Source: Octopus sinensis
Taxonomy: Eukaryota
Length of the DNA stretch: 64,000 nucleotides
Direction: 5' to 3'
Assembly (NCBI RefSeq): GCF_006345805.1
Contig: NC_043000.1
Location: forward strand, 105,152,001 to 105,216,000
Shown: positions 14,965-27,495 of the stretch, piece after piece
Layout of the letters: each line of letters starts with the position of its first letter
How positions within the stretch are numbered: position 1 is the first letter of the stretch
Translations under genes and position numbers: made by a program
Notes under the pieces: model-generated
What the model was told of the DNA's origin: nothing
The model's input: the letters and a program-made list of their open reading frames with translations, nothing else
Database searches by the model: none

Positions 14965-15559
14965 GCTGAAAGAGTTCATCGAGTGAAAACGTGAGTAATA
15001 GATTGTTAGGTAGGTATGTAAATAGAATAGATAGACTGATAGCTAGGTATGGAGATAAGGAGATAGTTTTACAGGTAGATAGTTAGGTAGGTAGTCTATC
15101 AAAATGAAAGCTACGAAAGTATAAGGCTAATAAATATCTTGGTAATTAAGATAATGACAAGGCTTCTGTATGTATCAAAACATCAAACGCAGATTTAGTA
15201 ATGTCAGTCGCTTGTGGAGAATGCCACCACCTACATCTTAATGGTTCTGTTGCGACTATGATGTGTGTATTTGTCTGAGCGTGGAACTGCGTAACAGAAA
15301 GTGACAGAGAGAAAGAGAGAGAGAGAGAAAAAGAGAGAGAGTATAAGGGGAAATCACACAGAGAGAAGACAGGAAATGATAAACAGACATACTGACATAC
15401 TAACGGACATAATGAAAGGCAACAGAGCAATGACTGACGGAGCAACAACAGAAGGATAACAGCAGAGAAAGACAGAGAGGCAAAGGGAAAGTGATTAAGA
15501 AAAAAAGATTGATAGAAACATAGTCAGAGACATGGAAATATACACATTCGGAGATTGTA

Positions 15560-16300
15560 TTCTAGTATTTATGTATTTATGTATTATCAAAAGATCTTCA
15601 CCAATGTATCTAATCTCTGGATAAGTCCTCGATCAACTCCAAATCCCATAGAAACACTCCTTATGATTTCGCTTTCTGCAATAACTAGCACTAACTATCG
15701 CTGCAACAAGTAGTAAAGTAGTTCTTCAAGTAGGCTTGGAATGTCTATTTGCTAGTTTCCATATTGCTGCAACTATTTGTAAATAGGAAAAAAACACATT
15801 TTTTAATCTTTTTTTCCTTCTGCTAATTATCTATAATTTAATTAAGGTAGTTGGTGGAATTTCAGGACTGAAACAGAAAGTGTTTACACTGTGGGAAAGA
15901 GTATTAATCACATGTAGTTGACGCTTTCTTATTGTTTATCACACATCGTGGGTAACTAATTATAGATAACTCATCACACTGATACCTTAAGACAACATAT
16001 GTAGTTTAGCTTTAATATAATCATATTTTATTTCTGAGATGGTGAGATTCCAGCATGTTCAAGACTGATGAGGCCCACAGGGTGGTGGTGGAGCATAGCC
16101 GTGCACGTGATGAGTTTTAACATGGAATAAGTTGCCGAAATCACAGAGTAGCCCATAATTAAAACTGAAACCCGTATCAAGCAACAAGACTCAGCAAGAC
16201 TGCTGATGAACCATAGATCAAAGGCTTCTATCTACTTTACCACTCGTGAATGTACGCGTCATATAATGGTGTGACTCCTACCCTGAAATAGGACGAAAAG
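15560..16300 (-). mobile_element. Degenerate CR1-like LINE 3' relic
   Basis: Minus-strand RARLCSTTTLWASSVLNMLES resembles RPRLEYxxxVWSP...MLESVQ; downstream RRRLKNVFF resembles the CR1 C-terminus. Confidence 0.4.
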
Positions 16301-16495
16301 CTAACTATGGATCTGAACTCATAATCGGTCAGCTGGTTGTCCAATATTTTATCTAACTTCCTGTCTCATCTTTACTGCCGATATAAGGTGTTTGTAAAAA
16401 ACAAAAATATTCATCGCTGCGGTTATACATTTTTTTTTTCATATTTATAGTATATTCTTCGACTGCTTTCAAGCACTATGTGCGTTTGTGTGTGT

Positions 16496-16620
16496 GCGTG
16501 CGTGCGTGCGTGCGTGAGTGAGTGAGTGAGTGAGTGAGTGAGTGAGTGAGTGAGTGAGTGAGTGAGTGAGTGAGTGAGTGGGCGAGTGAGCGAGTGAGTG
16601 AGCGAGTGAGTGAGTGAGTA
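16496..16620. repeat. (GCGT)n/(GAGT)n microsatellite
   Basis: Direct inspection. Confidence 0.95.
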
Positions 16621-16685
16621 TTAGATCGCTCTGTGAACGCTGTTGATGACATGTAATCCTTTGTAAGCTCTGGCATGAATCTTAA

Positions 16686-16838
16686 AGTTATTCAGAATTT
16701 TAAAGTCCGTGCGATGCTGCTCAACAGACCCTCCTCGCCAGGCTACCTGATACCCGTAAAAGAAAGGGGTGGATGAATCCAGCTTGGGTTCAACAACTGT
16801 TGAGCAACAACGCACGGACTTTAAGATTCTGAACAACT
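16686..16838. repeat. Inverted repeat, 42-bp arms, 69-bp spacer
   Basis: agttattcagaattttaaagtccgtgcgatgctgctcaacag (16686-16727) pairs with 16797-16838; 4 mismatches. Confidence 0.85.
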
Positions 16839-17454
16839 GCCCTACCAACCGAAAAATCTGTTGAACAAGGGCTATCCTCCGTTTCCGCTAAAGTATATCT
16901 ATAGGGGCTGGTGTCACTTGGAACTTTAGCTTTGATAATGATTGACGTTGTTGTGCGGTGAAGCTCTTCCTACGGAAATTTTGCACGGACATCGCCGCTG
17001 AGTTTGAATTTACTTCTATTAGGAATATTTTTTCCAATTGGTGATGCCTGTCATACTCCTTCAATACAGACACACACACACACGTATATGTGCTCAGGTT
17101 GGTTATATAGTTGTCATTGTTGTTGCTGTCATCATGGAGCTTACATTGCCTCGGGGTTATTACATTTTCCTCTATCCTCTCTATTGTGCATATAAGTGTG
17201 TGGTTGCATATGTGTGTGTGTGTCGTGGGCTCTTTGAATATATAATGGATCTCACCACATCAACCATTTATCTATCTTTTCTTCATACCATCTTACTACT
17301 TCACACTCTGGTACATTCTATCTGCTACACCATTGATATTAATACACATATATATGTATATGTATGTACACATGTGTGTGCGTGTGTGAGTATATATATA
17401 TCTATATGTACTTACGTACGTACGTACGTACGTAGTATGTATGTATTATGTATG

Positions 17455-17492
<38 letters not shown>

Positions 17493-18047
17493 ATGCATAC
17501 ATACATACGTACGTAAGTACATACATAAATTAATAAAATACATATATTTTTGTTGTGTCTTGGGAGTCGTTACGCCACTAATAACACACGTACAGTTTCA
17601 GTTCCACTTCTTTATTATTAATCAGTTGGTTATGTATCCAACCAACTAAGTAGCTGACCGTTTGTTTATTGTGTTAGCTAAACAGCCAATCGGTTTGTTA
17701 ACCTTTTCAGTGACTGGTGTGCAAACGCCAACGAAAGGACCTATTGATGTAATGACTCTCCCAAGACACAGCAAAACTTGTTTCAAAATTTGTTTCTCAT
17801 CAAGAATATTGCAAACCAATTACATACATATACATGAACATATAAACTCTCATACACAAACACATACATATTTTCCCAGAGAATATCGACTCAATTTTTT
17901 TTTTTTGTTAATCATATGGTTGAAGAAAATGTATTTTTGTAGAATGGTGTTACCTGAAAAAGCCCGGAGAATATAACTATTGAAATGAAGTGTAAATATA
18001 TTCAAACATGAGATATAGTTCTAGGATCAATATTTACTACATTTCGA

Positions 18048-18243
18048 GGGGGCGAGCTGCTAGAATCGTTAGCTTAGTGGTATTTTGTTCGTCTTTACGT
18101 TCTGAGTTCAAATTCCGCCGATGTCAACTTTGCCTTTCATACTTTCAGGGTCGATAAAAATAAGTACCAGTAGACAACTGGAGTTGATGTAATCGACTTA
18201 ACCCCTCCCCAACATTGCTGGCCTTGTGCCAAAATTTGAAAAA
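18048..18243 (+). mobile_element. SINE family B
   Basis: gggggcgagctg...tacgttctgagttcaaattccgccg...gatgtaatcgacttaacc. Confidence 0.85.
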
Positions 18244-18391
18244 AGTATATACAACATCTTACGATGAGTCTATAGGGATTTAGATTATGCTAGTATCTGT
18301 AATCATACTTGTGCGCGGGTGCAGATAAATAGCAATGTCAATTTTCTGTTTCTTTGTGTGTGTACATGTGTTTGTGAGTGTGTGTGTGCAC

Positions 18392-18424
<33 letters not shown>

Positions 18425-18858
18425 GGTGTAAACGTGAATGCATTCTTATTTCTTTATCTGAGATTATCCAGCAATAGAGTGCCAACCAGGCCACAATAAC
18501 AATTTTACATATTCTTAGACAGAAATGTAGGAAAAATCTTGCATATTTACAATTTTTCCGTTTAAGTAGGGATTTTGCAGAATACTGTATGAATACATGA
18601 ATATATGAAAAAATGTATGTATATGTGTTGTTGTTGTTGTTGTTTTTTCTGTGCGCGTTAAAGAAAAAATAGATACATACATGCGCATATACAACCTTAA
18701 CGCTTACAAAAATATAAAAATTACAAATATAAATAATACTTGCAAACAAAGAGCGAGTTTCACCATTTTCTTTTCTTATCCGTTTTATCAGTAGCAAATT
18801 ATCTTAAATAACCACTTACCTATAAAAGAAAGAAGAAAGTAATATTAATAACTGTCGT

Positions 18859-18883
18859 TTAATAATAATAATAATAATAATAA

Positions 18884-18914
<31 letters not shown>

Positions 18915-18926
18915 AAGAAGAAGAAG

Positions 18927-18961
<35 letters not shown>

Positions 18962-19122
18962 CGTGAACTTCCAACCTGTTGTCTCTTGAGGTCTCTGGGT
19001 GAGACTTGGAGCCAACTTGTATAGACATAAAGCAAAAGTCAAACATAGAATAATAATAATAATAATATAATAATAATAATAATAATAATAACAATAACAA
19101 TAACAATAACAATAACAATAAC

Positions 19123-19195
<73 letters not shown>

Positions 19196-19236
19196 TAACA
19201 ATAACAATAACAATAACAATAACAATAATAATAATA

Positions 19237-19284
<48 letters not shown>

Positions 19285-19305
19285 TAACATAACAATAACA
19301 ATAAT

Positions 19306-19358
<53 letters not shown>
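18859..19358. repeat. Compound trinucleotide microsatellite (AAT/AAG/AAC/AACAAT) enclosing a ~90-bp unique insert (18962-19050)
   Basis: Direct inspection; the insert is followed by (AAT)n and resembles a retroelement 3' end. Confidence 0.9.
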
Positions 19359-19359
<1 letters not shown>

Positions 19360-20244
19360 TTTCTTTCTTTGCCACGGGAGCAATACATAAAAAAACATTT
19401 TAATACGATAGTGAATGCAAAACATTTAGGAAAGTACATAAATCACGAATGCGCAAACGACTTAGTTATATAATACGCATCCTAACGTTATATAGTTATA
19501 CATACACACAGACACATATATACATATATATAAAAATATATATACACACACACACACATGCATGCTAATACATATATATATTTATATATACATACATATA
19601 TAATTGCATTTACACAGCACATACGCACGCATATTCATATGTATATTCTCAAATATACGCTATAAAACGTGACAAACCAACAAGGGAGTATTTAAGTGGT
19701 CTCTGGTCCTACAAGTAATAACAGAAAAATCATTCTTAAGTTTCATCCTATCGATTGAAAAAAAAAATGAAGAGCACATATGAAAATGTAATCCTGGATG
19801 CGAAGGAAGAACACATACGATAATGTAGTCCTCGTAGAGAAAAATGTTGTATGGTCTTCGTGAGAACGTCTTTTGTCAAATTTCTGATCAGAATTGCTTA
19901 TGGACTAAACAACAAGAGCAACATCGATAACATAATACAAAAAATACTGAAAATGTTATGGGCAACCAACATAGAATGGCCTAAAATATAGAAAAGCGTT
20001 TCAAGGAATCCCAAAAGTTCGACCATCATTCACTCGAGGCATAAGACTTCTCTTCAATCTTGTACGTTCACGAAACTGCATGGTTATTTCTACCACAATG
20101 TCATACAGTTGACTGAAGAGCAATAATTCTCTTCTCCAACTTCACCTACTACTTCATATGGTACTTCAAAAGGTTGATAAATGTTTGATCGGACAAGAAA
20201 TGCCGCCTTATTGATGATGATGAGGATGATGATGACTTGCTATT

Positions 20245-20380
20245 TTTGACACAAAGCCAGTAGTTAGGAGGAAATTAGCTAATTACATCGACCCTATTAC
20301 TAAACTGGTACTTTATTTTATCAAACCTGAAAGAATGAAAAACAAAGTTGATCTTGGTAGTATTTAAACTAAGAAAGTAA
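20245..20380 (-). mobile_element. SINE family B fragment
   Basis: ttacatcgaccc...ctggtactttattttatc...gaaagaatgaaaaacaaagttga. Confidence 0.65.
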
Positions 20381-20846
20381 TTACTTAAAAAGCAGTTACA
20401 AGTGATAATACCTAGTTGGAAAACCTGCTAAAAATTTCTCCTAAATTCTGCTTAGTCATAGATATAAGTCTGGGTTGAGAGAAATGTATCAAAAATACAA
20501 TGAGGTAAATCAACTAAAATGAGTCACAGATTTCAAAGAAAACATAGACACAGAAGTCAAAGAATTAGACTAAATTTATCCATAAAAAATCATTAAAAGT
20601 AGATGCAAGATAAATACACTCAGTAATGACGGAGAAATTATTAAAAACGTAATTAAAAAGAGTGAAACGAAAATGAAAAGTTAGTCAGTACAAGAAAGAA
20701 GATAAAGGTGTAAATTGGCGAGCCAATGCAGTTATAAACTACATATTCACCATTATGAACTGGAGCTTAAGTGAAATAAAGAGCTTAAATAGGAAGTGCT
20801 CTTGCGCGCCGAACCCACCACTCCAGCAATGCTATATACAGACTAT

Positions 20847-21082
20847 TGAAAGGCGGCGAGCTGGCAGAAACGTTAGCACGCCGGGCGAAATGCGTAGCCG
20901 TATTTTGTCTGCCGTTACGTTCTGAGTTCAAATTCCGTCGAGGTCGACTTTGCCTTTCATCCTTTCGGGGTCGATAAATTAAGTACCAGTTACGCACTGG
21001 GATCGATGTAATCGACTTAATCCGTTTGTCTGTCCTTGTTTGTCCCCTCTGTGTTTAGCCCCTTGTGGGTAGTAAATAAATA
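20847..21082 (+). mobile_element. Full-length young SINE family B with 14-bp TSD
   Basis: Head ggcggcgagctggcagaaacgttagc, B-box-like gagttcaaattcc; TSD tatatacagactat at 20833-20846 and 21083-21096. Confidence 0.92.
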
Positions 21083-23448
21083 TATATACAGACTATCCCT
21101 ACCTTGTGCGCAAAAAGAATGGAGTTTGACACAAACAGATAATGACTACAAAATAACTACAGTGGTTTTAGAAAAATAATTAAAAGTAATCAAATGAAAA
21201 TTGGTTGGTGTATAACAGAAACATTCAAAAACTATTTTCTACATAAAGAAAATAAAGATACGACAAAATAAAGACTGCAAACTAACTTCATTGAAATAAA
21301 AGATATAGATGAATAACGTCGAAACAACAGAAAAGAGTAAAAAGAAGGAAATAATCGACATAATTAAAACTGAATTCCAAAATATACTGATGGTAAAAAA
21401 AAATGAACTGAAAAGTCATTCCGTCGCTAATATCCCACAGGATGCGATAGAAAGGAAATAAGACAGAGTGAAAGACAGCTATGTAAAAACGAACAACGGA
21501 AGTTAGTTTTATTTTAGCTGCTGAGGATTCAATACCTAATCGCAAACAATGCAATATAAAATGATAATTTCTAGACTAGGGAGGCGTTTTATTGATTATA
21601 TCAACTATGGTACTTGACTGGTATTTTATTATCAACTGTAAAATGATGGCAGTTAAAGTTGACTTTGAGTAAAACAGATCACAGAACACAAAGAGCCCTA
21701 AATTAATACCGCATTCTATTTTGTCTGATACTGTAACGAATCTTCTTTTAATCAAACTGCCAACAAAAACAAAAATATTAGGAAAAATTCTAACATCAAG
21801 CGTTGGCTCTGCCACCAGTACAATTGGATGGTGGACTGCCTCTCTGATTACCCAGACTACAAAACCAAATATATTTGAAAACACGATATTTTCGGCAATT
21901 CTCTCCATTGATAAGATATTGAAACGCTATCTTGTAAACGCATAAGTGATATAAATATTCACTAAATGCAGTACATGACAACAGCAATCATCTAGAATAC
22001 ACCAGTCCTGACTGGCAATGAGATCAAAGAAAACAGTCCGGATATAATAATCAAGGACAGGAATGAAAATTTCTGAATTTTGATAGACATCAACGACTCC
22101 GCCTAACCAGAAAGATGATAGAGAAAACCATCAAAGTACGAAGCTCTTGAAACTAAATAAGAGTGACATGAAAAAAACCGTAATAATTGTACGCAAGGTA
22201 TGACAAAGACGAACATGAATAAAAACATACAAATCATATTAGGTTTCACAACGTTATACCCTGTCGAACAACAGCCTTGCTAAGCACAGTTTATATCCTA
22301 TGCAAGACCTCCACTTTAATAGCACAACTTAAACAGCGCATTGCACTCAAAACGTGCCCTATATAGTAACATATCTCACACAACGCATTTTGTAGAAAAT
22401 TGCTTCAGGTAATACAGCACATCACAATAGCCTATGGCAGTAATATCGCACACACTTCTCACTGTACATAATCTGCACAACTCACATAAAGATGTTAAAC
22501 ATCACCATCACCATTAGAATTCCTAACATTGACAGCTAAGTGGAATGCGTAGATTGTTGTAGTTAACAATCAGCAAATACGGGAGATCAGCAGACACAAA
22601 AGTTCGGATAGAATAGTATGTAGGAGGAGTCATCCGGTCAAGGAGCTAGTAAGTTAGTTTGTGCTGATGACTGATCTAGTAGAAAGACTTTTCGGGTGAC
22701 ATAGTTCAGAATACGTAGGAGTGCATGTGTATGTACGGGTAATCGTGCACAGAGAGGGAATTCTAGAGTTTTGTTGTTCGGGAGAGAAGGACTGAGAAAA
22801 GTGCTTGAAGTAAAACATAGTTTGGAGAACGAGACAGGTCAGGGATTTTAAGAGGAATAAAAGTGGATTTGTGATGTGGGTGTAAATGGAGAAAGTAATT
22901 AACTGATTCCGAAGAATAAATGAATTTGCAGCACCAGTTTAGCGTAGCAGTAGTACAGTCCCAGTTAAGTAAGTAGCAATCTAATATAGCATTCTAATAT
23001 GTCATGGTTAAAGTATTTGCTATCCCAGAACAATAGTCGTCCCCTTTCAGAGGCAGAACTGAAAATGTTACAGTTGTGTGGTTGCTCGTACGATAAACAA
23101 ATATTTTGAGGATTAGAATTTATAGCAATTTTATTTGCGTTGTTTATGAAAATTTATCTGTGTAGTAAGGAGACTGTATTGGTACAAAGCTATTTCCTTG
23201 GCATGTGTAGTGTCTGCGTTTGTGGTACTGTTTTTATTGACCAGATTCTTATGTCAACATTGTTAAATTGTTTTCTGGGTCCCTACTCATAGAAATAGTG
23301 CACCTCTAGCTAACATGTCGAGGTAATGCGTGCATGACGACGGTAGACAAAAAGTTAAAGAGAAAAGAGTGGTTGTATCATTCGCATACAAGTGTGTTTC
23401 ATATATGGAGAGTACTCATGAAGAACATTTGCTATAATGTAATAGATA

Positions 23449-23592
23449 GGTTTCAAATTCCGCCGAGGTCGACTTTGCCTTTCATCCTTTCGGGGGTCAA
23501 TAAATTAAGTACCAGTTGCGTACTGATGTCGATGTAATCGACTGGCCCCCTTCCCAAAAAATTTGGACCTTGTGCCTAGAGTAGAAAAGAAT
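23449..23592 (+). mobile_element. 5'-truncated SINE family B
   Basis: ttcaaattccgccgaggtcgactttgcctttcatcctttcgggg...gatgtaatcgact. Confidence 0.85.
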
Positions 23593-23807
23593 ATCATAAA
23601 TAGGTGTTGAGCGAGGAAAAGAAACTTCCAAAGACTAAGGTGAATAGTTACAGTTACAAGAAGGTATTACGTATTTATGTAAAGAAACATGTGAAGATAG
23701 GAGGAATTTTGGCAAAGCGAGTGAAATTATTTGTTTAACATTTTCTCAAAGACTCATTACATTTGCATATATTAAATATAAACGCGAACATCGACGCATA
23801 AGTAACA

Positions 23808-24006
<199 letters not shown>

Positions 24007-24269
24007 TGAGAGAAGAAAAGGTTCTTAAAAGGTAACTAATTTCTGTGTGTTTATAAGCCTCAGATCAGCCCCAGTCAAGGTAACTTTGCTGTGAGCTTGC
24101 AAAATTTTCTTTCGATATTCATTATTTAGTTCGACATTATCCAATGTAATGTTCCATTTTTTAAGACATTAAATAATGGTTTGAGAAATATTTTGCTGCT
24201 AATTCTAGGCGACAGAAACATTCCCGATGTTTTGTGAACCAGCTGTATAATTTATGGGATATATATATA

Positions 24270-24305
<36 letters not shown>

Positions 24306-24323
24306 GTATATATTATAATATAT

Positions 24324-24357
<34 letters not shown>

Positions 24358-24551
24358 AATATATATATATATATATAGTGAGAATTTACCAAAAACAAAC
24401 AAAACACGAAGACAGGTGTGATTAGTTTAACGCTCGGGAAATGAGAGAGTGTTTTACGTTCCGTCGAGCCTACGCTCTTCGACAGAAAGGAACAGCGATT
24501 TAAATAAAGGAAGAAAATAGAAAAAGGTTTAGTGGCTAGCGATCTATCATG

Positions 24552-24604
<53 letters not shown>

Positions 24605-24693
24605 GCAAGAGATTAGAAAAACAAAAGAAAAAAGTACTCAACGCATTTAGTAAGAGTTACATAAATTATTACGTAAAATAGTTTGATCCACTA

Positions 24694-24810
24694 GACTTAA
24701 AGTTTCACAGGCCTCTTTACAGGAACCTGGCTTGTTCAGGTTTATATAACCGAATTATCTAATCCTGAACGAGCCAGGTTTCTGTGAAAATGCCTGCAAA
24801 ACTTTAAGTC
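24694..24810. repeat. Inverted repeat, 47-bp arms, 23-nt loop
   Basis: 24694-24740 pairs with 24764-24810; 7 mismatches. Confidence 0.85.
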
Positions 24811-25785
24811 GCATAGAACCGAATCAAGCAGTTTTAAATGCTATATATATATATACATACATATATAAGTATATATATATATGTGTCTATATATACATAT
24901 CTATGTGTGTATATATGTATGTATCATACTTAACGCTGATACATCACAGAAAACCTAATTAACTGTCGTATTCGTCCTGTCTATAAGACATATTGTTTCA
25001 TGATGAATACCGCAATTGTTTAAACTTTCCATGATGTATCTTCATTAAGTAAAATACACAGATTGCTATTTTAAACTAATACTGCTTATGTTGCACAACG
25101 AAACAAGGATAACGTTTTGTTTGAAATCCCTTGGACACGTTCGCTATGTTGAGGAACAATTATTTGATCACTGCACATCATGCATGTGTATGTATGTATG
25201 TATGTAAAAATTCTTGGCAATAAACGTAACACAAAGATAGTATCGGGATACGAACTGGTGCCATTTCGGCTGGTTTGTTAAGTACATTTACGATGCAGCC
25301 ATCTTCGCTCCTCACTTTCTATTTTCTTGCAATCGAACTTTCTGTGTTTCCAGTATTTTAGTGAAATATTTCTCTTGAAATAACTCAGTGGACTGAAACA
25401 GTACTGCTCTCTGTTTTCATAATAAATAATTACATATATGTGGTGCGTGTGTGTGTGCGTGTGTCGGAGCGTGTGTATGGGAGGGAGAGAGAGAGAGAAA
25501 GAGAAAAGAGAGAAAAGGTGAGGATGTATGTGTGTGTGACTGTGCGTGTATAATTATACAAGCACCGCTCTTTAGAAGAAGCATTTATATCAAAAACCTA
25601 TAGTATTCTCTCCCTGACTCTCTCTATCTCTCTGTCTTTCCCTCTCTGAGTCTTTCTTTGTATCTCTCTTCCTCTCTCTTTCTCACTCTCTCTCTTCCTA
25701 TATATATGTATGTGTGTGTTGCGCATGCGTGTGTATGTTCCATATATATATAAATGTATATGTATGTATAAATATATATATATAT

Positions 25786-25845
<60 letters not shown>

Positions 25846-26806
25846 GTATATGTATGTTATATATATATATATTTTATATATATATAATATATATATATAT
25901 ATATTATATAATACATATATATATATTCATATTATGCATATATACATGTGTGTGTGTGTATGTATATATATATATATATTGATTAATCTTTTTTAACTAT
26001 AGAAATATATATCTGTACACATACATACATACACACATGCACACACACATTCACTTATATATATATACATATATATATATATACACTTGTATACACACAT
26101 ACATACATACATATATATATATACACACTTGTATAAACAGACAGAGAGGGGGAAAGAAGAGAAAACAAATATGCTAGTCAGTTGAGCTAGGTAGGCGTCT
26201 GTGGTCAGTATTCAAGGAATATAGCGCCATAGTATGTTGACCAGACGTGCGTGAACTTCTGGGGTTTTTTTATAAACGAAGCCAAAAAATCGTTAGCCAT
26301 TGGTATCATAACGTTAATAATATATTTCAACGATAAGCAAGCGAGGAAATACTGTTGATTCTCTTATATCTACAGGTTATTTATTGCGCCCCTCTTTCCT
26401 CGTTTGTGCTTAGTTTTGGATGTTATTTCATATAAAATAAAATGGAGAGGGAGAAGGAGAGACCGGTTTATTAGTCGCTCCAATTCAAATAGATTTATGT
26501 AGCACAATCGTTAGAGCGTTGTGATCATTGTTCCCGCTGCTTTGCACTCTTGAGTACAAAACTGCCTGTGAAGCATTTCCAGTTCAGTCTCCTTTGCTTC
26601 ATAAATAAGGTGCTGGCCTTGTTTCAGTTTTCATCACCACCTCTTTCAAACGCACACACATTCGCTCCTTCAGAATCGTCCACACTGTCCTAAGCAAACG
26701 ATCAGTTGGTACAACTGACAAGGTCTCAAGTAGATCTAGCGCGACACAAGGGACACAAGTGTAACAGTTAATCTGAAGGGCTTCTTCGCAGTTTTCCCAA
26801 TTCACT

Positions 26807-26846
26807 CATTTGCCTCTAGTTGACCCAAGTCAACTAGAGGCAAATG
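26807..26846. repeat. Perfect 18-bp stem with 4-nt loop
   Basis: catttgcctctagttgac-ccaa-gtcaactagaggcaaatg. Confidence 0.95.
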
Positions 26847-26870
26847 TCAAATGCATTCTAGTATAGGTTA

Positions 26871-26946
<76 letters not shown>

Positions 26947-26949
26947 GGG

Positions 26950-27285
26950 AGACCCCCTTCGATCATGAATGGCCATGGGATTGCACCTAGAAAGTTACCC
27001 TCCGAGGTACAAGTCCGGGCAAGGTTGTTTATGGAAGACCAGCAGTCGCCCCTGCATACCAGCCTCCCCTCTCCACACCACTGATGTTATCCAAGGGAAA
27101 GGCAAAGGAGCCGATACAGCTTGGCACCAGTGACGTTGCAACTCATTTCTACAGCTGAGTGAACTGGAGCAACGTGAAATAGTGTCTTGCTCAAGAACAC
27201 AACATGCAACCCTGTCCGGGAATCGAACTCACAACCTCAAGATCTTAAGCTCGACGCTCTAACCACTGAGCCATGCGCCTTCACA
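26950..27285 (-). mobile_element. Full-length tRNA-derived SINE family C with (TA)n tail (26871-26946)
   Basis: Head ggcgcatggctcagtggttagagc (A box) and gagttcgattccc (B box); body matches 53810-54016 and 41636-41855. Confidence 0.9.
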
Positions 27286-27289
27286 TATA

Positions 27290-27433
27290 CGTGGCAAAAG
27301 CGGAGCAAGCCCCTAACACTTCACCTCGTTCTAAAAATCAGTTTAATATCGATGGCCCCAAATAGGGACCGTATCAGATATTAAGCTGATAAGAACAGAT
27401 ACTACACTTTGATCTTAGCCAAAGGCTGAGAAG
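27290..27433 (-). pseudogene. U2: U2 snRNA copy lacking the first ~4 nt and all of stem-loop IV (probable retro-pseudogene)
   Basis: Minus strand cttctcagcctttggctaagatcaaagtgtagtatctgttcttatcagcttaatatctgatac...gatttttag...ggggcttgctccg: stem I, branch-point recognition GUAGUA, stem IIa, Sm-like site and stem III of protostome U2. The 5' flank is a (TG)n repeat rather than a promoter. Confidence 0.93.
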
Positions 27434-27438
27434 TGTGT

Positions 27439-27495
<57 letters not shown>

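Larger units (their letters stand above)
19690..22330 (+). mobile_element. Degenerate RLE-type LINE (R4/Dong-like), interrupted by two SINEs
   Basis: Colinear motifs: MNWSLSEIKSLNRK, HHSSNAIYRL/SLPCAQ (restored on removing the SINE; cf. HHPKADIDRLYLPR), FILAAEDS, KHDIFGNSLH, EIKENSPDIIIKDRNENF*ILIDI (RLE PD motif, ~22020). Confidence 0.7.

Noticed and set aside
16064-16142. ctgatgaggcc...gccgaaa as a hammerhead ribozyme
   Set aside because: No plausible stems I and III; it lies within a probable antisense CR1 relic.
22530-23330. Possible minus-strand CR1-like LINE relic
   Set aside because: Too degenerate for a defensible motif alignment by eye.
26599-26805. 68-aa minus-strand ORF as a host exon
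   Set aside because: No recognisable homology and weak splice signals.
27290-27433. Functional U2 gene or a Utopia/Keno U2-specific insertion site
   Set aside because: 5' nucleotides and stem-loop IV are missing and there is no promoter flank; U2 is continuous through the branch-recognition region, where I recall such elements inserting.
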